Below, piece after piece: positions 10,428 through 22,177 of a DNA stretch of 64,000 nt. The notes below the pieces were generated by a model. The model ran no database searches. It saw nothing but the letters and a program-made list of their open reading frames with translations, and was not told the origin of the DNA. The stretch is taken from assembly GCA_040389385.1 (NCBI GenBank), contig JAZKAA010000003.1, forward strand, positions 39,295 to 103,294, given 5' to 3'. The DNA comes from Patescibacteria group bacterium. Its GTDB lineage: Bacteria > Patescibacteriota > Minisyncoccia > Phycocordibacterales > SBAW01. The position numbers and the translations under genes were made by a program. Position 1 is the stretch's first letter. Every line of letters begins with the position of its first letter.

Positions 10428-10865
10428 TTAGTGGCGGTCGCAACACTGCTTCATCAAAGGTTTGAGTATCCCGACAACGCATTCGGGCAACTCATCCACA
10501 TATTTAGGCAAGCGGTGCTCGCTGACGGTCATGCCAAAGGTAACGATGCTCTCGGCATTGTCCGGAATCCAGAGGACCGAGCGCCGTACGACGCAACGGT
10601 CCGGACTGCGGTAGGTGAGCGTCACGAGTATCGAAATCCTGTCGTTTGATGCCTCGATGCTCACCCAGCGACCGACTTTGCAACCGGGATACTGCCCTTG
10701 TAATGCATCTATCAGCCTGAGCGGCAGTATCCGGTCATACAACTTCTGGACTTTTTCTTTGCTGTAGTCGCATGGCCAGCTCGACGGCATTTCACTCACA
10801 ACCTTGAAGAATGACTTTGTAGGCAAGCGGTCATCAGCCGCCTGTACATGCTGCGTGGCATGCAT
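10428..10865 (-). CDS. hypothetical protein (145 aa), last gene of the 13625->10428 minus-strand operon
   Basis: ORF only; Cys-rich ends (CDY...CCDRH); no recognisable domain. Confidence 0.4.
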   Translation of the reverse strand: MHATQHVQAADDRLPTKSFFKVVSEMPSSWPCDYSKEKVQKLYDRILPLRLIDALQGQYPGCKVGRWVSIEASNDRISILVTLTYRSPDRCVVRRSVLWIPDNAESIVTFGMTVSEHRLPKYVDELPECVVGILKPLMKQCCDRH

Positions 10866-11118
10866 TGCAGACCCTCCTCTCCTATTCTGTGCTAAAGGAT
10901 ACTACTTCTTGGCCTCTTTGTGCACGGTCGAGGCCCGGCACCAGTTGCAGAACTTTTTAAGCTCTATCTTGCGGGTAACCAGTTTTTTATTTTTGGAACT
11001 CCAGTAGTTAATGCGCTTGCATTTGGAGCACTGCAGTTTTATGAGTCGGTCTTGGGACATACGTAAAATGCGCCTTGGCGCGTATAGGGAATATACAGGA
11101 TTGCCCTATCCTTGGCAA

Positions 11119-11646
11119 CTAAGGAAGCTTGGTCGCCCCGGGGCAGAAGCTAAACCCAAGACTGGTATTGGCATATGCGGTGCTAACCCACGCCGGCGTG
11201 GTAACCATATATTTGAGGTGGCACATCTCGGTCTGGGTGATACCCAAGTGCTGCATCAAGTACTGCTCCGCCTGCATGCGGGCGCTGCCCAAAGGCTCCT
11301 GCATAAGTGCAATATTAAAGTAATCGGTCGCCGCAATATACTCGATAACATACGGGACCGTAGGCGACGTATTAACTGCTGGGTTGATATAATTTCCTAC
11401 AAAGTAATGCCCTTTGTTGTTAGAGTCCTCTTTTGTCTGAGGGTCCTTTAATATGTCCTTTCGGAGCGAGGTGCCGGTATCGGGATTTATCGCAGGCCTA
11501 CTGTCCGGCAAACCATTTTGTGATGTGGTGTCAGCAGGGGCAGCGGCGGGCGCACCAAGGCCGCCAAAAATAAACATCACGACAACTACCGCTGCAATAA
11601 GTACCGCGACAATAAGGCCAAGGACTATGTATTGGGTTTTATTCAT
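11119..11646 (-). CDS. hypothetical membrane-anchored extracytoplasmic protein (175 aa)
   Basis: N-terminal TM (IVLGLIVAVLIAAVVVVMFIFGG) then Pro/Ala/Thr linker and a globular domain; immediately downstream of the 655-aa secreted protein. Confidence 0.5.
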   Translation of the reverse strand: MNKTQYIVLGLIVAVLIAAVVVVMFIFGGLGAPAAAPADTTSQNGLPDSRPAINPDTGTSLRKDILKDPQTKEDSNNKGHYFVGNYINPAVNTSPTVPYVIEYIAATDYFNIALMQEPLGSARMQAEQYLMQHLGITQTEMCHLKYMVTTPAWVSTAYANTSLGFSFCPGATKLP

Positions 11647-11657
11647 ACGCGATCGAA

Positions 11658-13625
11658 TTAATTATTCGCATAATTTTTTACACATGTGCTTGCGGCCGCG
11701 TTCCATGGTTGACCATACGCGGTGCCTCCACATCCTGACGGGGAATTACATGTGCCCGTCCACGGCTGATATGGGTTGTTGGGGTTAGCATTCATCAGCG
11801 CTATGGCCACCTGCTGGTTGCACTGCACGTTATTTTGGGCGGCGGTTATATTTCCTCCAAAATCAGCCGCGGTGCACCCGGACGGAGCGTACTTGGTCCA
11901 ATTGCCTCGCGTAATTTGGAAAGCGCCGCACGCATTGGTATCACTACAGCCTACAGAGTTGCCGGACAGTTCAGTCACGGCTATACACGACATCACATTA
12001 GCTTGCGTTTGCGTCATTCCGAGTCCGGCAAGTGTACCAACATCGCAGTTGGTATTACCGGTCATACATTGAGCGTAACCTCTCGAGCCACCGCTGATCC
12101 CGCCGCCAGGAACCTCCTTCCAATTATCTTCGTTGTTGGGGTTGTTTGGATCAAAGGTGGTGCCGTTTTTTTGACACCAATATTCTTTACCGTCATTTGC
12201 ACATGCGTATCCCGCTCCGCAATTGCCGCAAATATCCCCGCCCACATAGCCTTGATTTTGTCCCGACGTGTATTGAGAGGTGTAGCCGCCCACTGCAACT
12301 CCCGGCTTGCTGGTATCCAAGCCGCCGTTTTGACCAAACACGGAGTTAAATAACTTGTCCAACGAGGTTGTGTTGCCGTTGGGGCCGAGGATTGTGCCGG
12401 CGCGCTGGGCCTTTGAGCAATCGAGCCGATTCCAACTCTGATACTGCTGCGGATTTAAAATAAATTTGAGCATAGTCTGGATAATGAGCCATGCGGAGAT
12501 AGCGATAAGAAAGCCCCAAAACGCAACGCGCAGAGCCGCCTTGGCGCGCTCAATATTGCTTAGGCTCGATGCGGAGGTAAAGTACAAAATGCCCGCCCAT
12601 GCAAACATCAATGCCGCAATGGGTATCGAAAATCCGATGACAAAGTTAATTATTTTTTGCCCGAGAGATGCAAAGTCGCATAGCTGACAATTGAGCCCTG
12701 TACACACTTGCGCGATGCCAGGGCCGGTGCTCCCGTTGGTTGTGGCCGGCGTAACGGTTGTCTGCTGGCCCGGGGTCACGGTGCCCGCGCCGGCCGAGCC
12801 CGGAGTGCCAACCGCGCCCGGGGCACCTACTGACCCGCCTGAGTCGACACCGCCCGGGTCGACAAAGCTCCCGTTGCTGGGGTTAAACGTGATGGGTACC
12901 GAGCACGTGCCCGTGCCGCCGGGGCCGGTAAAGGTGCCTGTATATGTCGTCTGCACATTTGAGGACAAGGAGGTCGGGGGCAATATCCCCTGCTGGCCGC
13001 TCGGGCCTACAGAGCCCAAGCCCGTGATGGTGCCGCCGGTCGCGTCGACACTCTGCCACTTGAGCGTGACGGTTTGGCCGGTGGTGTAAGTGCTTGGGGT
13101 GGCAAAAATTTGGCATGTCGGTTTTTGGACGCCGCTGTTTAGCGTCAGCTGCGCGCCAAATAGAGGCAAGGCGCCGTTGACCACTGCCGACGTGTTGATG
13201 GCGGTGATGTTTATGTCAAAAAACTGGCCCTGATTAGCCGTAAGGTTGCCCGCCACCGTCGCAAACACCACTACCGTGCGAGCCTCGCCTGAAGGGATAG
13301 AAAGCGACAGCGGCACGGTTGCGGTGCCTCCCGACAACGTCGCCGACCCTAGCGTATTGTTTTGAGTATCAACCGCAGTGAGCTTGGTAACAACGCTGTC
13401 GGGGGCTGAGCCCACACGCTGCACTGTAATGCTGCTGATAGTCGCGGCGCTGCTTGCAGTAAAGGTAACCGCCACCGCCGGCAAGTTGGCACCGGGCATA
13501 ACGGTAGCGTTGGGCGGCTGGCCGCCGTTAGGCGTACTGACGCTCACCAACGGCACCGTCTGTGCCATAGCAAGCATCGGGGCCAAATATGCAACGACCA
13601 ACACAAGGGCAAAGACCCGCTTCAT
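11658..13625 (-). CDS. large secreted mosaic protein: signal peptide + beta-rich repeat region + Cys-rich segment + embedded VirB2/TrbC-like two-TM 'pilin' module + C-terminal lysozyme-like (SLT/goose-type) domain
   Basis: 655 aa. Signal peptide MKRVFALVLVVAYLAPMLAMAQT. T/S/G-rich beta region. CTGLNCQLCDF followed by two hydrophobic helices (INFVIGFSIPIAALMFAWAGILYF ... VAFWGFLIAISAWLIIQTML) resembling the small paralogs at 26.1-27.5 kb. C-terminus has E-L-S ... GAFQI, reminiscent of SLT motifs ExS / GLMQ. Confidence 0.6.
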   Translation of the reverse strand: MKRVFALVLVVAYLAPMLAMAQTVPLVSVSTPNGGQPPNATVMPGANLPAVAVTFTASSAATISSITVQRVGSAPDSVVTKLTAVDTQNNTLGSATLSGGTATVPLSLSIPSGEARTVVVFATVAGNLTANQGQFFDINITAINTSAVVNGALPLFGAQLTLNSGVQKPTCQIFATPSTYTTGQTVTLKWQSVDATGGTITGLGSVGPSGQQGILPPTSLSSNVQTTYTGTFTGPGGTGTCSVPITFNPSNGSFVDPGGVDSGGSVGAPGAVGTPGSAGAGTVTPGQQTTVTPATTNGSTGPGIAQVCTGLNCQLCDFASLGQKIINFVIGFSIPIAALMFAWAGILYFTSASSLSNIERAKAALRVAFWGFLIAISAWLIIQTMLKFILNPQQYQSWNRLDCSKAQRAGTILGPNGNTTSLDKLFNSVFGQNGGLDTSKPGVAVGGYTSQYTSGQNQGYVGGDICGNCGAGYACANDGKEYWCQKNGTTFDPNNPNNEDNWKEVPGGGISGGSRGYAQCMTGNTNCDVGTLAGLGMTQTQANVMSCIAVTELSGNSVGCSDTNACGAFQITRGNWTKYAPSGCTAADFGGNITAAQNNVQCNQQVAIALMNANPNNPYQPWTGTCNSPSGCGGTAYGQPWNAAASTCVKNYANN

Positions 13626-13667
13626 ACGGTAATTGTAACCCCTAATTTTTCTGTCTAGCTCTACTTC

Positions 13668-13754
13668 TGGTGCGCCGGGTAGGATTCGAACCTACGTAGC
13701 CACAAGGGCGACTGGTTTACAGCCAGTTGCGATTGACCACTCCGCCACCGACGC
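13668..13754 (-). tRNA. tRNA-Tyr (anticodon GTA), type II long variable arm, CCA encoded
   Basis: Revcomp shows anticodon arm ACTGG-CTGTAAA-CCAGT, T-arm GTAGG-TTCGAAT-CCTAC, 3' ...GCGCACCA. Confidence 0.8.
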
Positions 13755-13838
13755 ATGGAGAACTGCTCTAGAATAGCGCAAATTGCCCAATTTTTAAAGT
13801 GTGGTACATTCCCATCAAACCTGTACACGGAGGGTGCA

Positions 13839-14162
13839 ATGTCCGATTATGCCGGCACTGACCTCCTGTTCTTCACGGAACCGAAGGTAACCAAATACCC
13901 TTTCCCAATCGAGGTCCCCGCCCTTGCCGGAAAATTTATGGTCCAGGGCTTGGCTATAGCTCCCAAAGAACACTATCCATACTACTTCTATCTGTATCCC
14001 TCCGGCATTTGGCGGGATGTTGCACAAACAGAGAACCAAACAGCATATTACGATACCGAAGCGTCAGCAAAAAGGAGCCTTCTGCAGGCAAGAATATCTC
14101 GACACCCAGAATGGGAGCGTGACGCGGACGAAAGCAAGATTATAATGAGCTACAGAGATTGA
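13839..14162 (+). CDS. hypothetical protein (start adjusted to MSDYAGTD with GGAGGG RBS)
   Basis: ORF with RBS; Tyr/Pro-rich (HYPYYFYLYPSGIWRD); no domain recognised. The track ORF started inside tRNA-Tyr. Confidence 0.4.
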   Translation: MSDYAGTDLLFFTEPKVTKYPFPIEVPALAGKFMVQGLAIAPKEHYPYYFYLYPSGIWRDVAQTENQTAYYDTEASAKRSLLQARISRHPEWERDADESKIIMSYRD

Positions 14163-14204
14163 GCCCCAGCCTTGTGCCGGGGCTTTTTTATTACGTACTT
14201 TTAG

Positions 14205-16916
<2,712 letters not shown>

Positions 16917-16938
16917 AGTGCGATTTATAACTACACGG

Positions 16939-17769
16939 CTAAGAAGAAGATTTCTTGGTGGGGGCTACAGGAGTCGGACTGGGCGCCGGCATAGCGGGGA
17001 CACTGTAATAATCGGCCCCTTGTGCGATAGAGTCGCCGGTCATAATTCCGACAACCTCGCCAAAGAGATTGAGCAGGACCGAGCCCGGTGTGGCTGATGG
17101 TACGGAGGCCTCGATGAGCCCTCCGTGAGGCAAACTCGCAACGACACCGGTATTGACCGTGTCGGCACCGGTGCCGCCGATGCGGATGACGGAGCTGCCG
17201 AGTTTTACTTTCGACGGGTCGGCAATGGTTGCCGGCGCCCAGCCGGTGGTGGTCCCTACTGCCAGGCTAAGTACAAGCGTGTCCGTACTAGTGGCCTGGT
17301 CTTTGGGTATCATCACATCAACGAGCTCGCCGCCGGGAAGTATTGCCAGAAAAGTCTTGGCGCCGGATGCATAGACAGCAGTGCGGTCGGTCAGCGCCAA
17401 ACCTGTTTTGTCGACGATGATGCCGCGGGCCACAAGCGTGTCTGGGTCGGCCGCATCCACGATGCGTACCATCGCCTTTTGTACGAGGCTAATGGACTGC
17501 GCCGTCAGGTCGTCCTCTTTAACCACCACGGTGTGCTCGGTTGCAACCGCCGCAGGGTTTGCCGCAGGCGCAGACACGGTCTCTACCGTGCGCTCTACTA
17601 TCTGGTTGATTGTGCGCGATACGGAAGGGGGTGCCTGATCCATAAGCGACACCGTAACAATGCCCGTCGCGATGGACGTAACAAAGCTCACAAGGAGCGT
17701 CAGGAGAACGATTTGATGCTTATTCAAATGCTCCAGGTCCATATAGACATTATATCGTATGTGTACCAA
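16939..17769 (-). CDS. membrane-anchored trypsin-like (HtrA/S1C-like) fold protein, catalytic residues apparently not conserved (possible pseudoprotease)
   Basis: N-terminal TM, then segments resembling S1C ([17 protein letters not shown] where LTNxHV is expected; [20 protein letters not shown] where GNSGGPL..G.vIGI is expected). Confidence 0.45.
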   Translation of the reverse strand: MVHIRYNVYMDLEHLNKHQIVLLTLLVSFVTSIATGIVTVSLMDQAPPSVSRTINQIVERTVETVSAPAANPAAVATEHTVVVKEDDLTAQSISLVQKAMVRIVDAADPDTLVARGIIVDKTGLALTDRTAVYASGAKTFLAILPGGELVDVMIPKDQATSTDTLVLSLAVGTTTGWAPATIADPSKVKLGSSVIRIGGTGADTVNTGVVASLPHGGLIEASVPSATPGSVLLNLFGEVVGIMTGDSIAQGADYYSVPAMPAPSPTPVAPTKKSSS

Positions 17770-17807
17770 AAAGAAAAACCGCCGAGCTACAAGCTAGGCG
17801 GAATGAT

Positions 17808-18431
17808 TCAGGCAAGAACAGGCGGATATATTTTGATTATCGGGCGCCAGCGGGACTGCACAACCATACAGACTGCCAGCAACATAAGGCCCACAAATCG
17901 CTCGCCTCCAAAGGCTCCGTACGCGCCGCCAAATACAGCCATTGGCAACAGCATTTCCCAGTCAAACCTGCTCCAAACACCGGAAAATCTGACCCCGGGC
18001 TGCATCTCCTGAAAGATGCGCAGAATGGCGGCAACAAATGCCGCACACCCCGCCAAGCCCCAGATGCTTACTGCAAAGAACGGGTAGAGCTGCGGAGGCA
18101 GCGGAACCGGCCAGTAGGGCGGGTCCATGAAGAAGAGACCGTTGTTCCAGACATATCCCGCCACGCCGGCAAGCACAGCCGACAACAACGCCAGAAGCGA
18201 ACTGGGCCAGTAGCCTGCGATCTCGTGGAAGAATGCAAAAAGAACGAGGATGGACAGTATGCCGACCACAACCGCAGCGAGCAGCAGCCAGTGCGGCCAC
18301 GTTGCATTCAAGACAAAATAAATCGTAATTGCAAAGGTTGCGATTGCCGCACGATAGTTGGCTTCACGTTGAGTGATAGTGTGCATCGAGCACTCCCGTT
18401 GGATGGGAGCCCGGACGGGCATCCATCTCAA
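17808..18431 (-). CDS. hypothetical polytopic membrane protein (207 aa)
   Basis: Five or more hydrophobic helices; no motif recognised. Confidence 0.5.
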   Translation of the reverse strand: MRWMPVRAPIQRECSMHTITQREANYRAAIATFAITIYFVLNATWPHWLLLAAVVVGILSILVLFAFFHEIAGYWPSSLLALLSAVLAGVAGYVWNNGLFFMDPPYWPVPLPPQLYPFFAVSIWGLAGCAAFVAAILRIFQEMQPGVRFSGVWSRFDWEMLLPMAVFGGAYGAFGGERFVGLMLLAVCMVVQSRWRPIIKIYPPVLA

Positions 18432-18445
18432 GAATACCGCGCTAC

Positions 18446-19543
18446 TTACTTTTGTCTATAAAGATTAACCACGTTAGCTATCTCTTTTACAATACAGCTA
18501 GTGTCGGTTTTTGTTGCATTGGGCAATAGCGAAATACGGATTGCGCCGCGAGCCAAATTAGGCTCGACGCCGAGCGCGAGGAGGACATGGCTCGGGGCGT
18601 CGTCGCCGGTGTCACACGCGCTGCGCGTGCCTGCGGCTATGCCTGCGGCGTCCAGCGCTATCACGGCCATTTGGCCGTCCAAACCGGGGATAGAAAAGTT
18701 TAAATTATTTGCAACGCGCGGCTCGGGCCCATGCAGCACGGCATCCGGTGCGATTTTTTTTATTTCCTGCCACAGATAGTCGCGCACCTCCCCCACTTTT
18801 TGTACTCGCTCTTTTATATTTGTTTGTGCGTCTTGCAAAGCCACCGCAAACGCCCCAACAAGCGGCACATTTTCTGTCCCGCTGCGCATTCCCCGCTCTT
18901 GCCCGCCTCCATATATAAGGGGGTCTAGCTTGGTACCCCTCTTTATATATATACAGCCCACACCCTTGGGCCCGCCTATCTTTTGGCCGTCCAAGGTCAT
19001 CATGTCGACATGGAGCTTTTCCACCTGTATATCCACCCACAGAGGCGCTTGAGATGCGTCGGCGTGGAGCAGTATGTTTTTGCCGTGTATTTTTTTTGCT
19101 ATGTCAGCAATCGGCTGGATAGTCCCCACCTCGCTATTAACCAACTGGATTGATATTAGCGTTGTCTCCGGCGTTATTGCATCTTTAATATCATCAAACT
19201 CATACAAACGCGTTACTGTTGCGCCACTTTTTTCTAACGGAGCCAAAACAGATGAGTGCTCTATTGCACTTGTAACCACGTGCCCATGCGCATTGTGCAG
19301 GGCAAGATTGTTGGCCTCGGTGCCGCCGGAGGTAAAAATAATTTCGTCCGGGTGCGCACCTATCGCGTCGGCAACTATTTTGCGTGCCTTTTCCAATTCA
19401 TTTTTTGCGGCGACGGCCTCTTTGTGTAGCGCGCCCGGGTTGCCGTACAAGTCTAAAAGGCGCACCAGCTCCGCTTTGGCGCGCGGAAACAGCGGCGTTG
19501 CGGCTGCCGCGTCTGCATAGATGCGTGATTTCTTAAACCACAT
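18446..19543 (-). CDS. cysteine desulfurase (class V aminotransferase, IscS/NifS/SufS-like)
   Basis: 365 aa; FTSGGTEANNLALH..., PLP-lysine region LDGQKIGGPKGVGCIYIKRG, C-terminal active-site Cys region (TRSACDTGD). Confidence 0.85.
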   Translation of the reverse strand: MWFKKSRIYADAAAATPLFPRAKAELVRLLDLYGNPGALHKEAVAAKNELEKARKIVADAIGAHPDEIIFTSGGTEANNLALHNAHGHVVTSAIEHSSVLAPLEKSGATVTRLYEFDDIKDAITPETTLISIQLVNSEVGTIQPIADIAKKIHGKNILLHADASQAPLWVDIQVEKLHVDMMTLDGQKIGGPKGVGCIYIKRGTKLDPLIYGGGQERGMRSGTENVPLVGAFAVALQDAQTNIKERVQKVGEVRDYLWQEIKKIAPDAVLHGPEPRVANNLNFSIPGLDGQMAVIALDAAGIAAGTRSACDTGDDAPSHVLLALGVEPNLARGAIRISLLPNATKTDTSCIVKEIANVVNLYRQK

Positions 19544-20069
19544 GACTTGCAGTATACTAGTTTGTATGTTGTTAGCTACTGCTTATTTGCAGCTTGTATC
19601 GCCGTATCTTGCGGCGGCTGCGTTGGTGCTTGCGCTCGGATGTCTCGTCTACGCCTTTTTGCTTACACGGCGCCTCAAGCGGCTCGCGCTCGGACGGACC
19701 GGCAGCATCGAGGAGTCGGTCAATATCATCAAGCGAGAGCTGGACGAGCTTAAGACCTTTCGTGTCGAGTTGCAAAAGTACCTCAAGACCGCCGAGGCCC
19801 GTTTGCGTGGCGCAGTAACCGGTATCGGTGTCGTGCGCTTCAACCCGTTTGAGGGCCAAGGCCAAGGCGGCAACCAAAGCGCCGCAGTAGCACTGATGGA
19901 CGAGCGCGGAGTAGGTGTGGTACTGTCGACGCTCTACTCGCGCGACCGCGTGGCGGTCTACGCCAAGCCGATTGATGGAGGAAAGTCGGAGTTTGAGCTG
20001 ACCGCAGAGGAAAAGGCGGCCATCACCAAGGCTAAAGAGGAGATAGCAAAGCTCACCAAGAGCACATAG
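19521..20069 (+). CDS. hypothetical membrane protein with C-terminal coiled coil (start uncertain; overlaps 3' end of the desulfurase gene)
   Basis: TM segment LVLALGCLVYAFLLT then charged coiled-coil and EEKAAITKAKEEIAKL. Confidence 0.45.
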   Translation: MRDFLNHMTCSILVCMLLATAYLQLVSPYLAAAALVLALGCLVYAFLLTRRLKRLALGRTGSIEESVNIIKRELDELKTFRVELQKYLKTAEARLRGAVTGIGVVRFNPFEGQGQGGNQSAAVALMDERGVGVVLSTLYSRDRVAVYAKPIDGGKSEFELTAEEKAAITKAKEEIAKLTKST

Positions 20070-20074
20070 AAACC

Positions 20075-21649
20075 ATGGCTAAAAAATCCAACACAGACCC
20101 TGCAACAGTGCCGGGGCCAAGCCAGCCCCCCATAGTCGCTGTCGTGGGCCATATCGACCACGGCAAGTCCACGCTGCTCGACTACATACGCAAGAGCAAT
20201 GTTGCCGAAGGCGAGGCGGGTGGCATCACGCAACACCTCTCCGCATATCAGGCGACGCACAAAAACGCCGCAGGCGAGCATGTGATCACTTTTTTGGACA
20301 CACCGGGACACGAGGCCTTTGCCGCGATGCGCTCGCGCGGCTTGCGCGTGGCCGATGTGGCAATACTTGTTGTCGCGGCCGACGACGGCGCAAAGCCGCA
20401 GACCAAAGAGGCGCTTAGTTTGATAGCAGAAGCCAAGATACCGTACATCGTTGCGTTTACAAAAATAGACAAGCCCGGCGCCAATATCGAGAAGGCAAAA
20501 ATGTCGATGCTTGAGGCGCAGGTGTTTTTGGAGGGACTCGGCGGTGATGTGCCGTGGGTGGGGGTATCGGGCAAGAGCGGCGAGGGCGTCCCCGAGCTGT
20601 TGGACTTGATATTGCTGCAGGCCGAGCTAGAGGGCCTGACATCAGACGCGCTCGCTCCCGGCTCGGGCCTCGTGATAGAGGCGCATGTCGACCAGCGCCG
20701 CGGCAACACCGCGACCATTATCGTGCAGGACGGCACGATTAATAGCGGCGAGTTTGTCGTCTCCGGCGAGGCGCTCGCGCCGGTGCGTATTATGGAAAAC
20801 TTTTTGGGCAAGCCTATTAAGGAGGCCCCGCCCGGTAGCCCCGTGCGCATTGTGGGCTGGAGTGTCTTGCCCGCGGTAGGCGCGAGCGTCAAAACAGTCG
20901 AAACAAAAAAAGAGGCGGAGATAGACGTGGCAGAGGCGCGCCTGCAACGTCCTGTCCAACATGGTCTGGTTGAGGCGAAGACGACCCGAGGACCTGTTGG
21001 CAGCGGTGTTGCAGGCGCGCCCGAAGAGCCTGTAGAGATGGCTGTGTTCCCTCTCATTATCAAAACAGACGTCGCGGGCACGGGCGAGGCGGTGATGCAC
21101 GAGCTGGCCAAACTGCCGACACATGACAACTTGGAGGTGCGCTTTGTTAATCGCGCCGTGGGCACCATCAACGAGGCGGATGTTAAGACCCTTGCAGGCG
21201 GCAGCGCGCCGGGCGTTATCGTCGGCTTTAACGTCAAGGTCGAGCGCGAGGCAAAAGACCTCGCCGAGCGCCAAGGCGTCACTATCGAGACCTTTGACAT
21301 TATTTATAAGCTTGCCGAGTGGCTTGGTGCACGTATAGAAGAGCGCCGTCCGCGCACAAAAGTGGAAATGGTTGTCGGCGCCGCCAAGGTGCTCAAGTTT
21401 TTCTCTGCAACAAAAGGCCGCGTGATTTTGGGCGGCCGCGTTGAGGAGGGTGTACTCAAAGACGGCGCGGAGGTAAAGATACTGCGGCGCGATATAGAGA
21501 TTGGCCGCGGCAAAATCACCTCACTCCAGTCGAGCAAAAAGGATGTCAAAGAGGTCGAGATCGGAAGCGAGTTTGGCGCACAGGTTAAGACAGAGGCGCT
21601 GCCCGCCGCAGGCGACCGGATAGAGGCGTACTTGGTCGAGCAAAAATAG
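20075..21649 (+). CDS. infB: translation initiation factor IF-2 (compact form lacking the long N-terminal region)
   Basis: 524 aa; G-domain VVGHIDHGKSTLLD, DTPGHEAF, TKIDK; C-terminal beta-barrels. Confidence 0.92.
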   Translation: MAKKSNTDPATVPGPSQPPIVAVVGHIDHGKSTLLDYIRKSNVAEGEAGGITQHLSAYQATHKNAAGEHVITFLDTPGHEAFAAMRSRGLRVADVAILVVAADDGAKPQTKEALSLIAEAKIPYIVAFTKIDKPGANIEKAKMSMLEAQVFLEGLGGDVPWVGVSGKSGEGVPELLDLILLQAELEGLTSDALAPGSGLVIEAHVDQRRGNTATIIVQDGTINSGEFVVSGEALAPVRIMENFLGKPIKEAPPGSPVRIVGWSVLPAVGASVKTVETKKEAEIDVAEARLQRPVQHGLVEAKTTRGPVGSGVAGAPEEPVEMAVFPLIIKTDVAGTGEAVMHELAKLPTHDNLEVRFVNRAVGTINEADVKTLAGGSAPGVIVGFNVKVEREAKDLAERQGVTIETFDIIYKLAEWLGARIEERRPRTKVEMVVGAAKVLKFFSATKGRVILGGRVEEGVLKDGAEVKILRRDIEIGRGKITSLQSSKKDVKEVEIGSEFGAQVKTEALPAAGDRIEAYLVEQK

Positions 21650-21674
21650 TTCGACATGACTCACCACAAGTAAC

Positions 21675-21983
21675 ATGCACGAGCGCGACACAGAAACACT
21701 CCGCACGACCGCAGCCGAGTTTTTGGCTAGGGAGGCCGGCCGTGAGTCGCTTATAACCGTCACCCGCGCCGAGATGGGCGAAGACCGCAAGCACGGTGTC
21801 ATCTACATAACGGTATATCCCGACAGCGCCGAGGTGGGTGCTCTCAATTTTTGCAACCGCAACCGCGGCGAGTTTGGCAAATTTTTTGAAAAGCGCGTGC
21901 GCGGCATGAGGCTGCCGCACGTAGAGTTTGTCATAGACGAGGGCGAGAAGTACCGCCGCCGGTTAGACGAGCTCGGAAAATAA
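21675..21983 (+). CDS. rbfA: ribosome-binding factor A
   Basis: 102 aa, immediately after infB; ESLITVTRAEMGEDRKHGVIYITV matches the RbfA KH-like core. Confidence 0.75.
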   Translation: MHERDTETLRTTAAEFLAREAGRESLITVTRAEMGEDRKHGVIYITVYPDSAEVGALNFCNRNRGEFGKFFEKRVRGMRLPHVEFVIDEGEKYRRRLDELGK

Positions 21984-22085
21984 GGATAAAGTAAGGGCTC
22001 TGGCCACGTGGCGAAGAAGCAACGCGGCGGTCTGCAAAACCGCTATGCGAGGGTGCGAATCCCTCCGTGGCCTCACGTTTAAAAT

Positions 22086-22175
22086 GCCGGGGTGATGGAA
22101 TTGGTAGACATACGGGACTTAAAATCCCGAGAGGAATTAAACACCCTCATGAGAGTTCGAGTCTCTCCCCCGGTA
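22086..22175 (+). tRNA. tRNA-Leu (anticodon TAA), type II, no encoded CCA
   Basis: GCCGGGGTGATGGAATTGGTAGAC..., anticodon loop CTTAAAA, T-arm GAGAG-TTCGAGT-CTCTC. Confidence 0.8.
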
Positions 22176-22177
22176 CT

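Noticed and set aside
20248-21300. 350-aa and 210-aa minus-strand ORFs
   Set aside because: Antisense to infB; Ser/Thr/Ala-rich, no RBS.
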